From positions 9,610,001 to 9,674,000 of the forward strand of contig CM059452.1 in assembly GCA_030390025.1 (NCBI GenBank): 64,000 bases of DNA, read 5' to 3'. Positions 36,770-48,189 of the stretch are shown piece after piece; position 1 is the first letter of the stretch; each line of letters starts with the position of its first letter. The DNA comes from Squalus acanthias (Eukaryota). Position numbers and translations under genes: made by a program. Under the pieces are notes generated by a model. It saw nothing but the letters and a program-made list of their open reading frames with translations, made no database searches and was not told where the DNA came from.

Positions 36770-36968
36770 AACACCAGGTTATAGTCCAACAGTTTTATTT
36801 GAAATCACAAGCTTTCGGAGCTGCTGCTCCTTCGTCAGGTGACCTTCACCTGACGAAGGAGCAGCAGCTGCGAAAGCTCGTGATTTCAAATAAAACTGTT
36901 GGACTATAACCTGGTGTTGTGCGACTTCTCACTTTTGTCCACCCCAGTCCAACACCGGCATCTCCGCA
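36770..36968 (+). mobile_element. Penelope-like element 3' terminus with inverted pLTR (73-bp arms)
   Basis: Arms 36770-36842 and 36846-36918 (2 mismatches), then tail ..CCCCAGTCCAACACCGGCATCTCCGCA. Confidence 0.8.
36846..36883 (+). ncRNA. Minimal hammerhead ribozyme motif (PLE-type); second copy on minus strand 36805-36842
   Basis: TCAC-CTGACGA-A-GGAGC-AGCA-GCT(C/G)C-GAAA-G-CT(C/T)-GTGA: catalytic cores CUGANGA and GAAA, helix II, helix I TCAC/GTGA, NUH site, palindromic helix III. Confidence 0.65.
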
Positions 36969-37589
36969 TATAAGATGTACCTACAGTACCACAGAAAACT
37001 ATTATAATTTATATTGGTACCAGCACCAAGCAGAGAAGGAGCCCCAGTTTGTAATCAGGAGACGTTCTTGGGACACACAGGAACGGAGAGGAAAAGGTTT
37101 CGGAATCCGTTTTTCTGCTCAGCTGCAGACCGCGACTAAATTCAAAAGTTTAACCATTTTCGGGCTGCAGCTGACTGACTCTGTCGTCTATTACTGCACC
37201 CTGGGACTCACAGTGATGGAAAGCAGTCTCACTCCCGTACAAAAATTGCCATTGGACTGTAGGGCGGATCTCCTGTCTGTTGGGGTTGTGCAGAATCGCG
37301 GGCAGATGCAGCCACAATGTGCAGCGCGCTGTCAGGCGCTCAAACACACATCGAGAGGAAACCAAATTAACCTCGGATCAAACTGTCACCCAACTGTTTC
37401 CAGGAGCGGCCGAGAAAACAAACTGCAGAATCCAATCGGCCCAAATGATCGATCACAGAATGAACCGACCGGTTAAACTGTCCTTTCTGCTTCTAATCAG
37501 CTGTTTTCCCTTTAAAATCATGGATCGATGTTCTGATTTGTTCCGAGAAAGTGGTCGCTTACACTCAAACGTCACTCAAATATCGCCGA

Positions 37590-37990
37590 AACAAGTCACC
37601 CAAACATGGCCGAAGGTACGTCACTGAAACATGGCCGACGGCACATCACTTCAACATGTCCGACAGCACGTCACACAAACATGGCCGACGTGCGTCACAC
37701 AAACTGCAGACTGACGTCACGCAAACACAAAGCGGGAGAGTCTAACGCTGACTGAAGCTCAATGTTACATTACATATTCTTCAAGATTACAGAATAGAAA
37801 TGGGAGAAATTATTAATTGTACTTCAGTCATCTTTAATGTTTTGACGCCGATGATCCCTTCTGGCTGTACACGTTAATAAGTACCGTCTACAGCAAGTGC
37901 AGATTGACGTCACAGAGACTGCAGACTGACGTCACAGCGACTGCAGACTAACGTCACAGAGACTGCAGACTGACGCCATACAGACTGCAG
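37590..37990. promoter_or_regulatory. Cluster of CRE (TGACGTCA) and AAACATGGCCGA repeats
   Basis: Three perfect and several near CREs in short tandem units; paralog at 55540-55810. Confidence 0.5.
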
Positions 37991-38754
37991 CCTGCACGAT
38001 GTCACCAGTGGACATGGGAATAGGAAAATCTGCGGTTTGTGAAGGGAATGGAGGTGATGGGGAGAAATGAGCGAGAGGACAAGCAGAAAAGATGGGGATA
38101 AATAGACGGAAAAAGCAGACGGGGAACGGAAAAACAAACAGTAGGTTCAAATTCTGAACTGGAACAATAGAAGTGATTGATTGAAAGGAATATCTGATCA
38201 ATGTACTCGTGCAGCTGAGTGAGCAACCCCTCGGTGGATCAGCCCCACCCATGTCTGCTTGCCATCTTTAAGTATCTGAGCATTGTACATATACAAGTGA
38301 ATGAGGCCCCTCACTGTGGACCAGCTCAGTGTCTGTCTGCTCTCAATGGTTAAAGATTTGAGCAATGTAGCTGTGCAGGTGAATGAAGCTACCTCCATAG
38401 ATCAGCTCTTTGCCAGTCTGTACACTTTGAGAGGGAGATAGATAAAGGTGAGAATGAGTACAGTGAGACAGAGAGACACCAACAGAGGGCGATTGAGTCA
38501 GGCGTGTATTTATAAATATAAAGTCACAAAAAGGGAACAGTTTAATAAGGGTTGTGCTGACTATTCCCCCATGAGGATAACCCCGGAAGCCGTGCAGCGG
38601 GGTAAAGGGATCGGCACTGTTCTGTGTAATACAAATGGATAATGAGAGGACTGATTAATCAAAACCTGACTGAGGCAGAGTGACTCACACGGACACTGGC
38701 AGAGAGAGTGACGCTGGCTGAACCTCAGGGACACACAAACAGACTGCAGACTTT

Positions 38755-39570
38755 TTTTTATTCGTTAATGGGATGTGGGTGGCGCTGGCAAGACCAGCAT
38801 CTATTTCCCATCTCTATTTGTCCTTGAGAAGGTGATGGTGAGCCGTCTTCTTGAACCGCTGCAGTCTGTGTGGTGAAGGTACTCCCACAGTGCTGTTAGG
38901 GAGGGAGTTCCAGGATTTTGACCCAGCGACAATGAAGGATCGGCGATATATTTCCATGTCGGGATGGTGTGTGCCTTGGAGGTGGTGGTGTTCCCATGCA
39001 CCTGTTGCCTTTGTCCTTCTAGGTGGAAGAGGTCGCGGGTTTGGGAACTGCTGCCGAAGAAGCCTTGGCGAGCTGCTGCAGTGCATCTTGTAGATAGTAC
39101 ACACTGCAGCCACGGTACGCTGGTGGTGGATGGAGTGAATGTTTAAGGTGGTGGATGGGGTGCCAATCAAGCGGGCTGCTTTGTCCTGGATGGTGTCGAG
39201 CTTCTTGACTGTTGTTGGAGCTGCACTCATCCAGGCAAGTGGAGAGTATTCTATCACACTCCTTACTTGTGCCTTGTTGATGGTGGAAAGGCTTTGGGGA
39301 GTCAGGAGGAGAGACACTCGCCGCAGAATACCTAGCCTCTGACGTGCTCTTGTTGCCACACCATGGGCCAGTTAAGTTTACATAGAACATAGAACAGTAC
39401 AGCACAGTACAGGCCCTTCGGCCCTCGATGTTGTGCCGAGCTTTGTCCGAAACCAAGATCAAGCTATCCCACTCCCTATCATTCTGGTGTGCTCCATGTG
39501 CTTATCCAATAACCGTTTCTGGTCAACGGTGACCCCCAGGATGTTGATGGTGGGGGATTCGGCGATGGTG
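38755..39570 (-). mobile_element. CR1/L2-group LINE 3' fragment with a nested short CR1 tail (about 39378-39515)
   Basis: ORF 38814-39359 (AQVRSVIEYSPLAW..LDTIQDKAARLI). The nested piece matches the tail of the 26481 element. Confidence 0.8.
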
Positions 39571-40432
39571 TGGACATTAGTGAACTAAATCGTTTTTTAC
39601 AACAATACGATAGTTTCATGGTTACCATTACTGATACTAGCTTTTTATTTCAGATTTATTTTAATTAACTGAATTTAAACTGATAGTTCAGGGAAGTGGC
39701 GTTGAGGTAGAAGATCAGCCATGATCTTATTGAATGGCGGAGGAAGCTCGAAGGGCCAAATGGCCCACTCCTGCTGCTATTTCTTATGCTCTTATGTTCT
39801 TAGTCTTTTGTATTCAGTCGGTCCTCTGACTATCTGGCACGGAGCCAAGAACACACCATGTGTGTCCTTAGAGATTATTATTCGATTAATGTTTGTTCAT
39901 CAGCTTCTTCTCTTGTCCTGAATTTGACCTTCTGGAACCTGCTTTTACTGCAGATTCTCACTTTATATAAGGGCAAGTCTCTATAATTTTGAGAAATGTT
40001 CAATAAAGTTATTAGAATTATACGGGTCTTCCCCACCCGACCTATCTCTGTCTACACTGTAGACTGATATTTTAAACCAATCATTATTTGTCCGTTTGCC
40101 GTGCGTTATATCCGAAGCAGCGGTGCACCTGTTGCAGTACCCGCAGGTGTGTTTATTCTCAATGGGACTGGCGCTTCCTAAAGATACAGAAATACACATC
40201 AACCATTTTTGATCTCATGCAGTTAATACAATAATCAGACGGAATCATTATTCGATGTGAGCGGTTTTATATGAGTTTGATGTGGATTCTGCTCGGAGTC
40301 TGCGCGCACAGGAATGTAGTCACGTGTCAGTGTCTGACCCGCTGTGATAAACAGCCCACAACAGGCAGCAGCTGTGACACAGAAACCTGCGGCAGTTATT
40401 GGACGAGGCTTTAGCTCGTTCCCATCACTGTG

Positions 40433-40736
40433 AGCCTCAGTGCGCAGTAATACACCGCGGTGTCAGTCAGCCGCAGCCCCGAGATGGTCAATCGGTACAA
40501 CTTGTCTGACTGCTGGACTGTATCAGAAAACCGGCCTTGAGCGAAATCCGCCTGATATTCAGAACCGCCGCTCGTGTACCTCCGGACTGCAAACTCGCGC
40601 TGTCTGCCTGGGTATTGGCGGTACCAGAACAAGTAATAACCATCGCCGGGATAGGTGCAGGTTAAAGTGACATCTTCTCCCTCCGTCTGTGTGAGCGAGG
40701 ACTCTCGCTGAGTAACAGAATCTCCATCGCTCAGAT
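40433..40736 (-). CDS. TCR delta-like V exon, open but no leader found
   Basis: DSVTQRES..LTC..LFWYRQ..DTAVYYCALRL, intact acceptor. RSS CACAGTG(40432-40426)-23-CCAATAACT. A CR1 tail occupies the leader position. Confidence 0.8.
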
Positions 40737-40821
40737 CTGGAACACACGGTGAAAGAAAGCGGAAATCATCGGTTAAAGGTTCAAACTGAACCAACTGACG
40801 GTGAAAATGCGCAGCGAGTTT

Positions 40822-41095
40822 TACATAAAATTAAATAGAATTTACTGCACAGAAAAAGGTAATTTGTCCCAACCAGTCTATGCCGTGTTTATGCTCCACA
40901 CGAGCCTCCACCCAGCCTTCTTCATCTCCCCCTATCAACATATCCTTCTATTCCTTTCTCCCTCGTGTACTTATCTAACTTCCCCTTCAATGAATCTATG
41001 CTGTTCGCCTCAACTATTGCTTGTGGCAGCGGATTCTGCATTCTAACCTTGGTAAAGACGTTTCTCCAGAATTCACCATTGGATTTTTTGTGATT
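40822..41095 (-). mobile_element. CR1 3' tail fragment
   Basis: Reverse complement resembles the CR1 tail at 51330-51430. Confidence 0.6.
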
Positions 41096-41820
41096 ATGTA
41101 GATGAAGATGTTCAGCGTGTTTCTCTCACTGTCAGTAATCAGGCTGAGGTGGTTGACGGGGCTCGGGTTTGATTAACCTTCTGCTGGGGACCAACAAGGG
41201 GATGATTTCCTCTGGTCACCCAAACACAGCGGAAAATCTCGTCCGATCGCTAGTTTAGTAGAATCGTCATTCATTGTTTTAGAACGCGTTCACTATGTCA
41301 CTGGAAGTAGCGACCAGGGGAAATCTGCCGCACAGAGCGGACACCTCGGTGTAGACACGAATATCACAGGAGAATGAGATTATTGCTCTCGGTGAGCCGT
41401 CACACACCGTCAGAAATTAAACCAACACTCAGAATAGGGAAGGTTTAGAACCATTTGAATATAATCCCAACTCTAAGCAAAGCTGCACACTTCTGTGCTG
41501 GTGTAAGGGTTGTGAAAATGAAACAAACACAGCGGCAGTGAAGAGGGAAACTTGAAATTGAACAGACATTACACGGTACATTGGCCTATTAAACCTGCGC
41601 GGGTTTCCTCCTGTCCATCCCTCATTATAGAGTGAATGAAATCTAAAACCATACTCCTCTATTGAGTGCTGCTGGGAGCTGTCCTGTGGGAATATTCTGT
41701 CCTGACAGTAACTGTCCTAATCAGACCATTACAGGCGGGTATTCCGGCCACACACTGTTCTATTTACACGCGGTATGCTGCAGTATTTGTACAGGACGGG
41801 CACAGAGCTGTGCAGCTGTG

Positions 41821-42264
41821 GGTCTCAGAGCGCAGTAATACACAGCGCCGTCTGACAGCTCCGCCCCAGAAACTGTCAGTCGAACCGCGCTCTCCTCTGC
41901 GCTTAGCTCTGCTGTGAAACGGTCCTTGGCGAAGTCGGCTGGGAAGGTGCCGTATTTGGTGACAAACAACACGTTCACTGGAGGCCGAGCGGGAAGTTGC
42001 CTGTACCAGAAAAGCTCAGGGTTTGTATCTGTTGTTTTAAAACTACAACTCAGCGTCACCGCTTCTCCTTCCCGCACCATCCTGGTCGAATAGTCTTGGT
42101 GCACGGAATCGCCGCCAACGCTATTGGCTGGAAGAGAAAATAATCATTTACAAATATCCGCACCACTAACCGGACCTATTGGTGTGTTTTCTACTCGGAT
42201 TCCACATGTACTTACACAGCACAGAGAGCGCCAACACCACACTGAAATAAACAGGGAAATACAT
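41821..42264 (-). CDS. TCR alpha/delta V segment, apparently functional
   Basis: Leader 42264-42216 (MYFPVYFSVVLALSVL). V exon from 42127 (DSVHQ..LSC..LFWYRQ..VYYCALRP). RSS CACAGCT(41820-41814)-23-ACAAATACT(41790-41782). Confidence 0.88.
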
Positions 42265-43432
42265 CGCTGTCCGCGGGTCACAATATGAGCATCGACCCTT
42301 TCTCTGCTGTCGCAAAAACTGCCACCAGTACAGGACCAGGCTGAACTATTGAACCCTGTGACAGGCATAGAAAAGGAAATGACCCTGCAACAATGTCACA
42401 TCCGTTTGGGATAATTTCACACCATCAGGGAGCAGGGAGTGTGTGCAGCAACATCCGAAATATTTCAATGGAGATTCCTCTGGTCGGTATTTCTGGGGAA
42501 ATCATAAAATCTTCCTTTTTGAATAACTTAATTTCACAAAAAACGTATTTAAGGTTCATTTAGAGGGAGAACAGAGGGAATCTTCGTGGAACAATGTACC
42601 ATTCCCCGCACTCAGTGAGCAGAGAAACTATCCCCCTTCCTTAGTCATTTAGGTCATTGCATGTAGCAGTGGCATTTTACATAGACAGTGTTGAGCTGCC
42701 CTTAGCGTTACCCGGGGACAAGAAATGATGTTTGATGTAGCAAATAACGTCCGAGAGACTATGGAAATTCGCTCAACGGCGCCACCACTTGGACGGAGCC
42801 GGAAACTACATGCTGACTGCTCTCCTTGGTCACTGTTACCGCCCAGTGTCTCTTTAACTCTCCTTCTGAGCTGATTTCATAGAAACAGAGTCTTACAGCA
42901 AGGAAGGTGACCTTTGCCCCGTTGTGCCTGTGCTGTTAGTACCACTGCCCTGCTCTTTCCCCATAGCCCTGAAAATGTTTCCTTTTCAAGTATATATCAA
43001 ATTCCATTTTCAAATTCCTTTTTATAGGGAAGGCAGCATCCTACACAAGAGTTGCACCAATATATAAAGAGATAATGTAGACCTTTGGTCCGCGGAGATT
43101 GCTCGGTCCGCCTGTGTGTGTGTCTCTCTCAATATCTATATAAAGATGAGAGATAATTATATAGAAAACTGAATAAAAGGAATACAGAAGGAGGATGTAA
43201 AGTTTGGTTTGTAATATTGGAAAATAATGACCGGTTCAAACTGTTCCCGGTAACCTCGCCACAAGCAGGCTGTTTAAAATCGATTCAATATACCCATGTG
43301 AGTTTGTTGTAAAGTGTTTGTGCAACAGTGCAGTAGCAGGTTATTGGTAAAGAGACGGATACAAGTTCCTCGCAGGTCTCTGTCTCTCTCACTGTGGAGG
43401 CTGAATTATCGCTTCTGGTTATCGGTGTGAGA

Positions 43433-43446
43433 GCGCCCTCTGGTGA
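43433..43446 (-). promoter_or_regulatory. CTCF-type motif 25 bp 3' of RSS
   Basis: TCACCAGAGGGCGC on minus. Confidence 0.7.
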
Positions 43447-43511
43447 GCACTAACTGGAACTCTCAGTGTGGGGTTTTTGTACGGGATCCGCTATATCTCT
43501 GCAGCAGTGTG

Positions 43512-44011
43512 GGTCTCATGGCACAGAAATACACGGCGGTGTCAGAGATCAGGACGTCGCTGATCGTTAGCTCGGTAATCTTGGTAGTTTTATTAAATGT
43601 AGAAGAGAATCGGTCTATGTCAGTGAAGTCGCGGTTCCTGTTTACTATCCCTGCAATAATATAAACCACGTACTGTGGAGGCTGCCCGGGGCGCTGACTG
43701 TACCAGAACACTGCAGGGGTAGTAGTGCTTGTTTTCACGGTGCAGGTTAGAGTGACATTACTTTCCTCTTCAATCGTCATTTCAGGAACCGGCTGTTCCA
43801 CTGTGTCTTGGCGGCTCCATTCTAAAATAACATAATAGTAATATTCACCATCATCATCACCTCAATTAACAGAACCATCATCATCACCATCATTTCACCA
43901 ATACTAACACCTAGGTTACAGCAGTCGGGAGAAGAATGCATTTTTCCTGGGAAGGAAATACTTACTGAGAAGTGATATAATGATGAGGAGCGGTGCGAGA
44001 CGGTTCCACAT
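43512..44011 (-). CDS. TCR alpha-like V segment (EQPV family), apparently functional
   Basis: Leader 44011-43966. V exon from 43821 (LTC..VFWYSQ..VYFCAMRP). Nonamer ACAAAAACC 43480-43472. Confidence 0.9.
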
Positions 44012-44275
44012 GATGCTCCCTGAGTCTGTAACTCTGCAGTCCGGGAAATTCTCTGTTGGAGCAGAAATACAGATCCCCACCCCACTGCACTGCTAATCCA
44101 ACCAATGCCAAACAAGGAACAGAGGCAGCAATCCCTCCAATAACACAGGGCAGGCAAGGCGGGTCAGAGCGAGAGCAGCAAACGGAAGCTGTGGGCGGGG
44201 TTGCCGCGGGCAGTGTCAACGCAAGATTTGTCTCTATAATTTCCAGTTGATAACGGCCAGAAACATGTGACCACG

Positions 44276-44289
44276 GCGCCCTCTGGCGG
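44276..44289 (-). promoter_or_regulatory. CTCF-type motif upstream of V promoter
   Basis: CCGCCAGAGGGCGC on minus. Confidence 0.7.
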
Positions 44290-44838
44290 TGACCCGGGAC
44301 TGTACACTGTCAGCATCATGGGCAGAGTAAAGTGTCAGTTTATCTGCGGGACAGTTGCCAGCGGCTTGATATTGGGAGTCACGTTTCAGACAATTCAACT
44401 GTGTAAATAGGGCGAAGGGAAATGTGAGTGAATTTAAAGAATTTTACATTATTTCTGAACCACTTTCTTTGTGGCTTTCTCTGACCTTTTAGCTTTGTGT
44501 TTCTCACTTGTTATTTCTCACTTTCTTTCATTTCTCTATCCCTCCTTTCCAAATTTGCTGTCCTCTACACTCTCGTTATTTCACCGCTTTTTCTCTTTCT
44601 CTCTCTCGTTCTCTGCTTTCTCTTTCTTTTCCTCTGTCTCTGTTTCCAACTCTCTTCATTTCTCACTTTCTTTAAATCATTCTCTTCAATATATCATCAT
44701 TGTTCTGTGCTCATTCCCTCTGCCCTCCGATTATTATAACCGGGCCCCTCCCAATCCCGTTACTCCAAACACAGCAGAGCGGCGCTCCCCCTCGGGGCAG
44801 GTTTCTGTGCGGACTCTCCGCCTGTTTGTAACACTGTG

Positions 44839-45172
44839 GGCTCACGGCGCAGAGATAGGTGGCGCTGTCTGTCACTCGCGCGTCTCTCACAGTCAGGGCA
44901 CTGAGTTTATTGCCTCCCCCGATTGAAGCAGTGATCCTCCCGTGTTGATCGGCCCCACTTGTGGCCATCACCAGATGCTGGAGGGTCTGATCCGGGTTCT
45001 GTCTGTACCAGTGCAGGACGGTAAAGGCAGCGGTAGCGGAGCAGTTGATGGACACGATTCCCTCTTCAGGAACAACCATTCCCCGAGGGAGCTGCTTCAC
45101 CTCATCTTCCCCGCTCACATCCGTGCAGATCAGAGTGTGAATCAGCAGGGAAACTCTGTAAATCCGGAGCAT
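44839..45172 (-). CDS. TCR alpha-like V segment with leader contiguous with V (paralog of 19375)
   Basis: MLRIYRVSLLIHTLICTDVSG-EDEVKQ..TYLCAVS. RSS CACAGTG(44838-44832)-23-ACAGAAACC(44808-44800). Confidence 0.85.
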
Positions 45173-45346
45173 TATACGATCAGATGAAAAGGAGGCTGAA
45201 AGAAATGTACACAGAGGTCGGGCTAGAACCAGGACTCTGACATTATATCCAGGAGAATTAGGAAGGAGACAAACTCCCAATCATGTCCAACTCCGAGGCT
45301 CCTTCCGGTCGCACTGACGAAACTTGCTGCGTCTCAGGCTTTACCC

Positions 45347-47135
45347 ACACCGGGCCGCTCACACTCAGTGTTTCTCACTGACACCGGCTCACACTGTCTC
45401 TGAGCTCACACCGGGCCGCTCACACTCAGTGTTTCTCACTGACACCAGCTCACACTGTCTCTGAGCTCACACCGGGCCGCTCACACTCAGTGTTTCTCAC
45501 TGACACCAGCTCACACTGTCTCTGAGCTCACACCGGGCCGCTCACACTCAGTGTTTCTCACTGACACCAGCTCACACTGTCTCTGAGCTCACACCGGGCC
45601 GCTCACACTCAGTGTTTCTCACTGACACCAGCTCACACTGTCTCTGAGCTCACACCGGGCCGCCCACACTCAGTGTTTCTCACTGACACCAGCTCACACT
45701 GTCTCTGAGCTCACACCGGGCCGCTCACACTCAGTGTCTCACTGACACCAGCTCACACTGTCTCTGAGCTCACACCGGGCCGCTCACACTCAGTGTTTCT
45801 CACTGACAGCAGCTCACACTGTCTCTGAGCTCACACCGGGCCGCTCACACTCAGTGTTTCTCACTGACACCAGCTCACACTGTCTCTGAGCTCACACCGG
45901 GCCGCTCACACTCAGTGTTTCTCACTGACACCTGCTCACACTGTCTCTGAGCTCACACTGGCCCGCCCACACTCAGTGTTTCTCACTGACACCAGCTCAC
46001 ACTGTCTCTGAGCTCACACCGGGCCGCTCACACTCAGTGTTTCTCACTGACACCAGCTCACACTGTCTCTGAGCTCACACCGGGCCGCTCACACTCAGTG
46101 TTTCTCACTGACACCAGCTCACACTGTCTCTGAGCTCACACCGGGCCGCCCACACTCAGTGTGTCTCACTGACACCAGCTCACACTGTCTCTGAGCTCAC
46201 ACCGGGCCGCTCACACTCAGTGTGTCACTGACACCAGCTCACACTGTCTCTGAGCTCACACCGGGCCGCTCACCCTCAGTGTTTCTCACTGACACCAGCT
46301 CACACTGTCTCTGAGCTCACACCGGGCCGCTCACACTCAGTGTTTCTCACTGACACCAGTTCACACTGTCTCTGAGCTCACACCGGGCCGCTCACACTCA
46401 GTGTTTCTCACTGACACCAGCTCACACTGTCTCTGAGCTCACACCGGGCCGCCCACACTCAGTGTTTCTCACTGACAGCAGCTCACACTGTCTCTGAGCT
46501 CACACCGGGCCGCTCACACTCAGTGTTTCTCACTGACACCAGCTCACACTGTCTCTGAGCTCACACCGGGCCGCTCACACTCAGTGTTTCTCACTGACAC
46601 CAGCTCACACTGTCTCTGAGCTCACACCGGGCCGCCCACACTCAGTGTTTCTCACTGACACCAGCTCACACTGTCTCTGAGCTCACACCGGGCCGCTCAC
46701 ACTCAGTGTTTCTCACTGACACCAGCTCACACTGTCTCTGAGCTCACACCGGGCCGCTCACACTCAGTGTTTCTCACTGACACCAGCTCACACTGTCTCT
46801 GAGCTCACACCGGGCCGCCCACACTCAGTGTGTCTCACTGACACCAGCTCACACTGTCTCTGAGCTCACACCGGGCCGCTCACACTCAGTGTGTCACTGA
46901 CACCAGCTCACACTGTCTCTGAGCTCACACCGGGCCGCTCACCCTCAGTGTTTTTCACTGACACCGGCTCACACTGTCTCTGAGCTCACACCGGGCCGCT
47001 CACCCTCAGTGTTTCTCACTGACACCAGTTCACACTGTCTCTGAGCTCACACCGGGCCGCTCACACTCAGTGTTTCTCACTGACACCAGCTCACAATGTC
47101 TCTGAGCTCACACCGGGCCGCCCACACTCAGTGTT
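45347..47135. repeat. 61-bp VNTR, about 29 copies
   Basis: Same unit as 19553-20615. Confidence 0.95.
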
Positions 47136-47139
47136 TCGC

Positions 47140-47670
47140 ACAAATGTATCTATCTGTCTCTGTTGCTGTCTCTGTGTAATACTGTACTCAGTCACACGTT
47201 TACCTATCCCCCTCTCGTATGACTGACTGTGCTCAGTCACACCTGTATCTATCTCCCTCTGTTGGTATCTCGCTGTGTCACTCACTGTACTCCGTCACAC
47301 CTTTATCTCTCTCCCTCTGTTGGTGTCTCTGTATCGCTGTACTCAGTCACACCTTTATCTCTCTCCCTCTGTTAGTGTCTCTCTGTATCACTGTACTCAG
47401 TCAAACATTTATCTATCACCCTCTGCTGTCTCTCTGCAGCGCTATATTCTGTCACACCTTTATCTATCTTCCTCTGTTGGTGTATCTCTGTAGCACTATA
47501 TTCTGTCACACCTTTTGCTATCTCCCTCTGTTGATGTATCTCTGTAGCACTATATTCTGTCACACCTTTATCTATCTCCCTCTGTTGGTGCATCTCTGTA
47601 GCACTATATTTTGTCACACCTTTTGCTAGCTCCCTCTGCTGGTGTTTCGCTGTATTACTGTACTCAGTGC
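47140..47670. repeat. About 54-bp degenerate tandem repeat
   Basis: TCACACCTTTATCTATCTCCCTCTGTTGGTG.. units. Confidence 0.75.
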
Positions 47671-48189
47671 TACGATCCCTACCATGAGAACGAAGGTTCT
47701 TTTTTCACTCAGAGGATTGTTGGGACATGAGATTCCCAACTAAAGCAGCGAGGAAGCCGAATCCATAATAACGTTTAAAATGTAAGTAGGTTAATATTTG
47801 AAAAAGAAACTCACGTGTACAGTGAAAGAAGAGAAGAATTGGACTAAGTGAACAGTTTGCTCAAAGAACTGTCACAGGTCCAATGTGATCCCTCTGATTA
47901 CGGGAGCCAGCTGGGCAAAGTCATCGATATATTGATGACCGATTGAGTTGCAGCTGAAGAAGATGTGAGACTGTCACTGACATTAACTTTAGCAGATCTC
48001 GTATGACTGACAACGAAACTGACGTGAGAAACCGTGGCCTTCTATCGCGATGTCTCCTGGCTCCTGGCTGCTCTACTATTGCACGGACGTTATACAGAAG
48101 CAGAGAGCGCGGTCTCATGGAGTCTGGGCTAGTTGCAGCCTCCAATAATCACCGCCAGCTTCAATACAGAATGAGACGGAGTTTGAGTA

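Larger units (their letters stand above)
29744..37208 (+). pseudogene. TCR delta-like V segment split by a 7-kb insertion
   Basis: Leader 29744-29789. V 5' part 29889-29968 (DSVTQ..AVTMRC). V 3' part 36979-37208 (TYSTTENYYNLYWYQ..VYYCTLGL). RSS CACAGTG(37209-37215)-23-ACAAAAATT(37239-37247). Removing the insert restores the frame. Confidence 0.9.

Noticed and set aside
31155-36784. Many overlapping alternative-frame and antisense ORFs; CpG-island promoter
   Set aside because: By-products of the GC-rich Tx1 element.
38479-38492. CCAACAGAGGGCGA as a CTCF site
   Set aside because: It resembles the reverse strand of the 54-bp repeat unit and is a weaker match.
40433-40736. NAR-TCR supporting V-delta
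   Set aside because: It is leaderless but has no CDR1 Cys and no NAR V-D-J upstream; a TE explains the leader loss.
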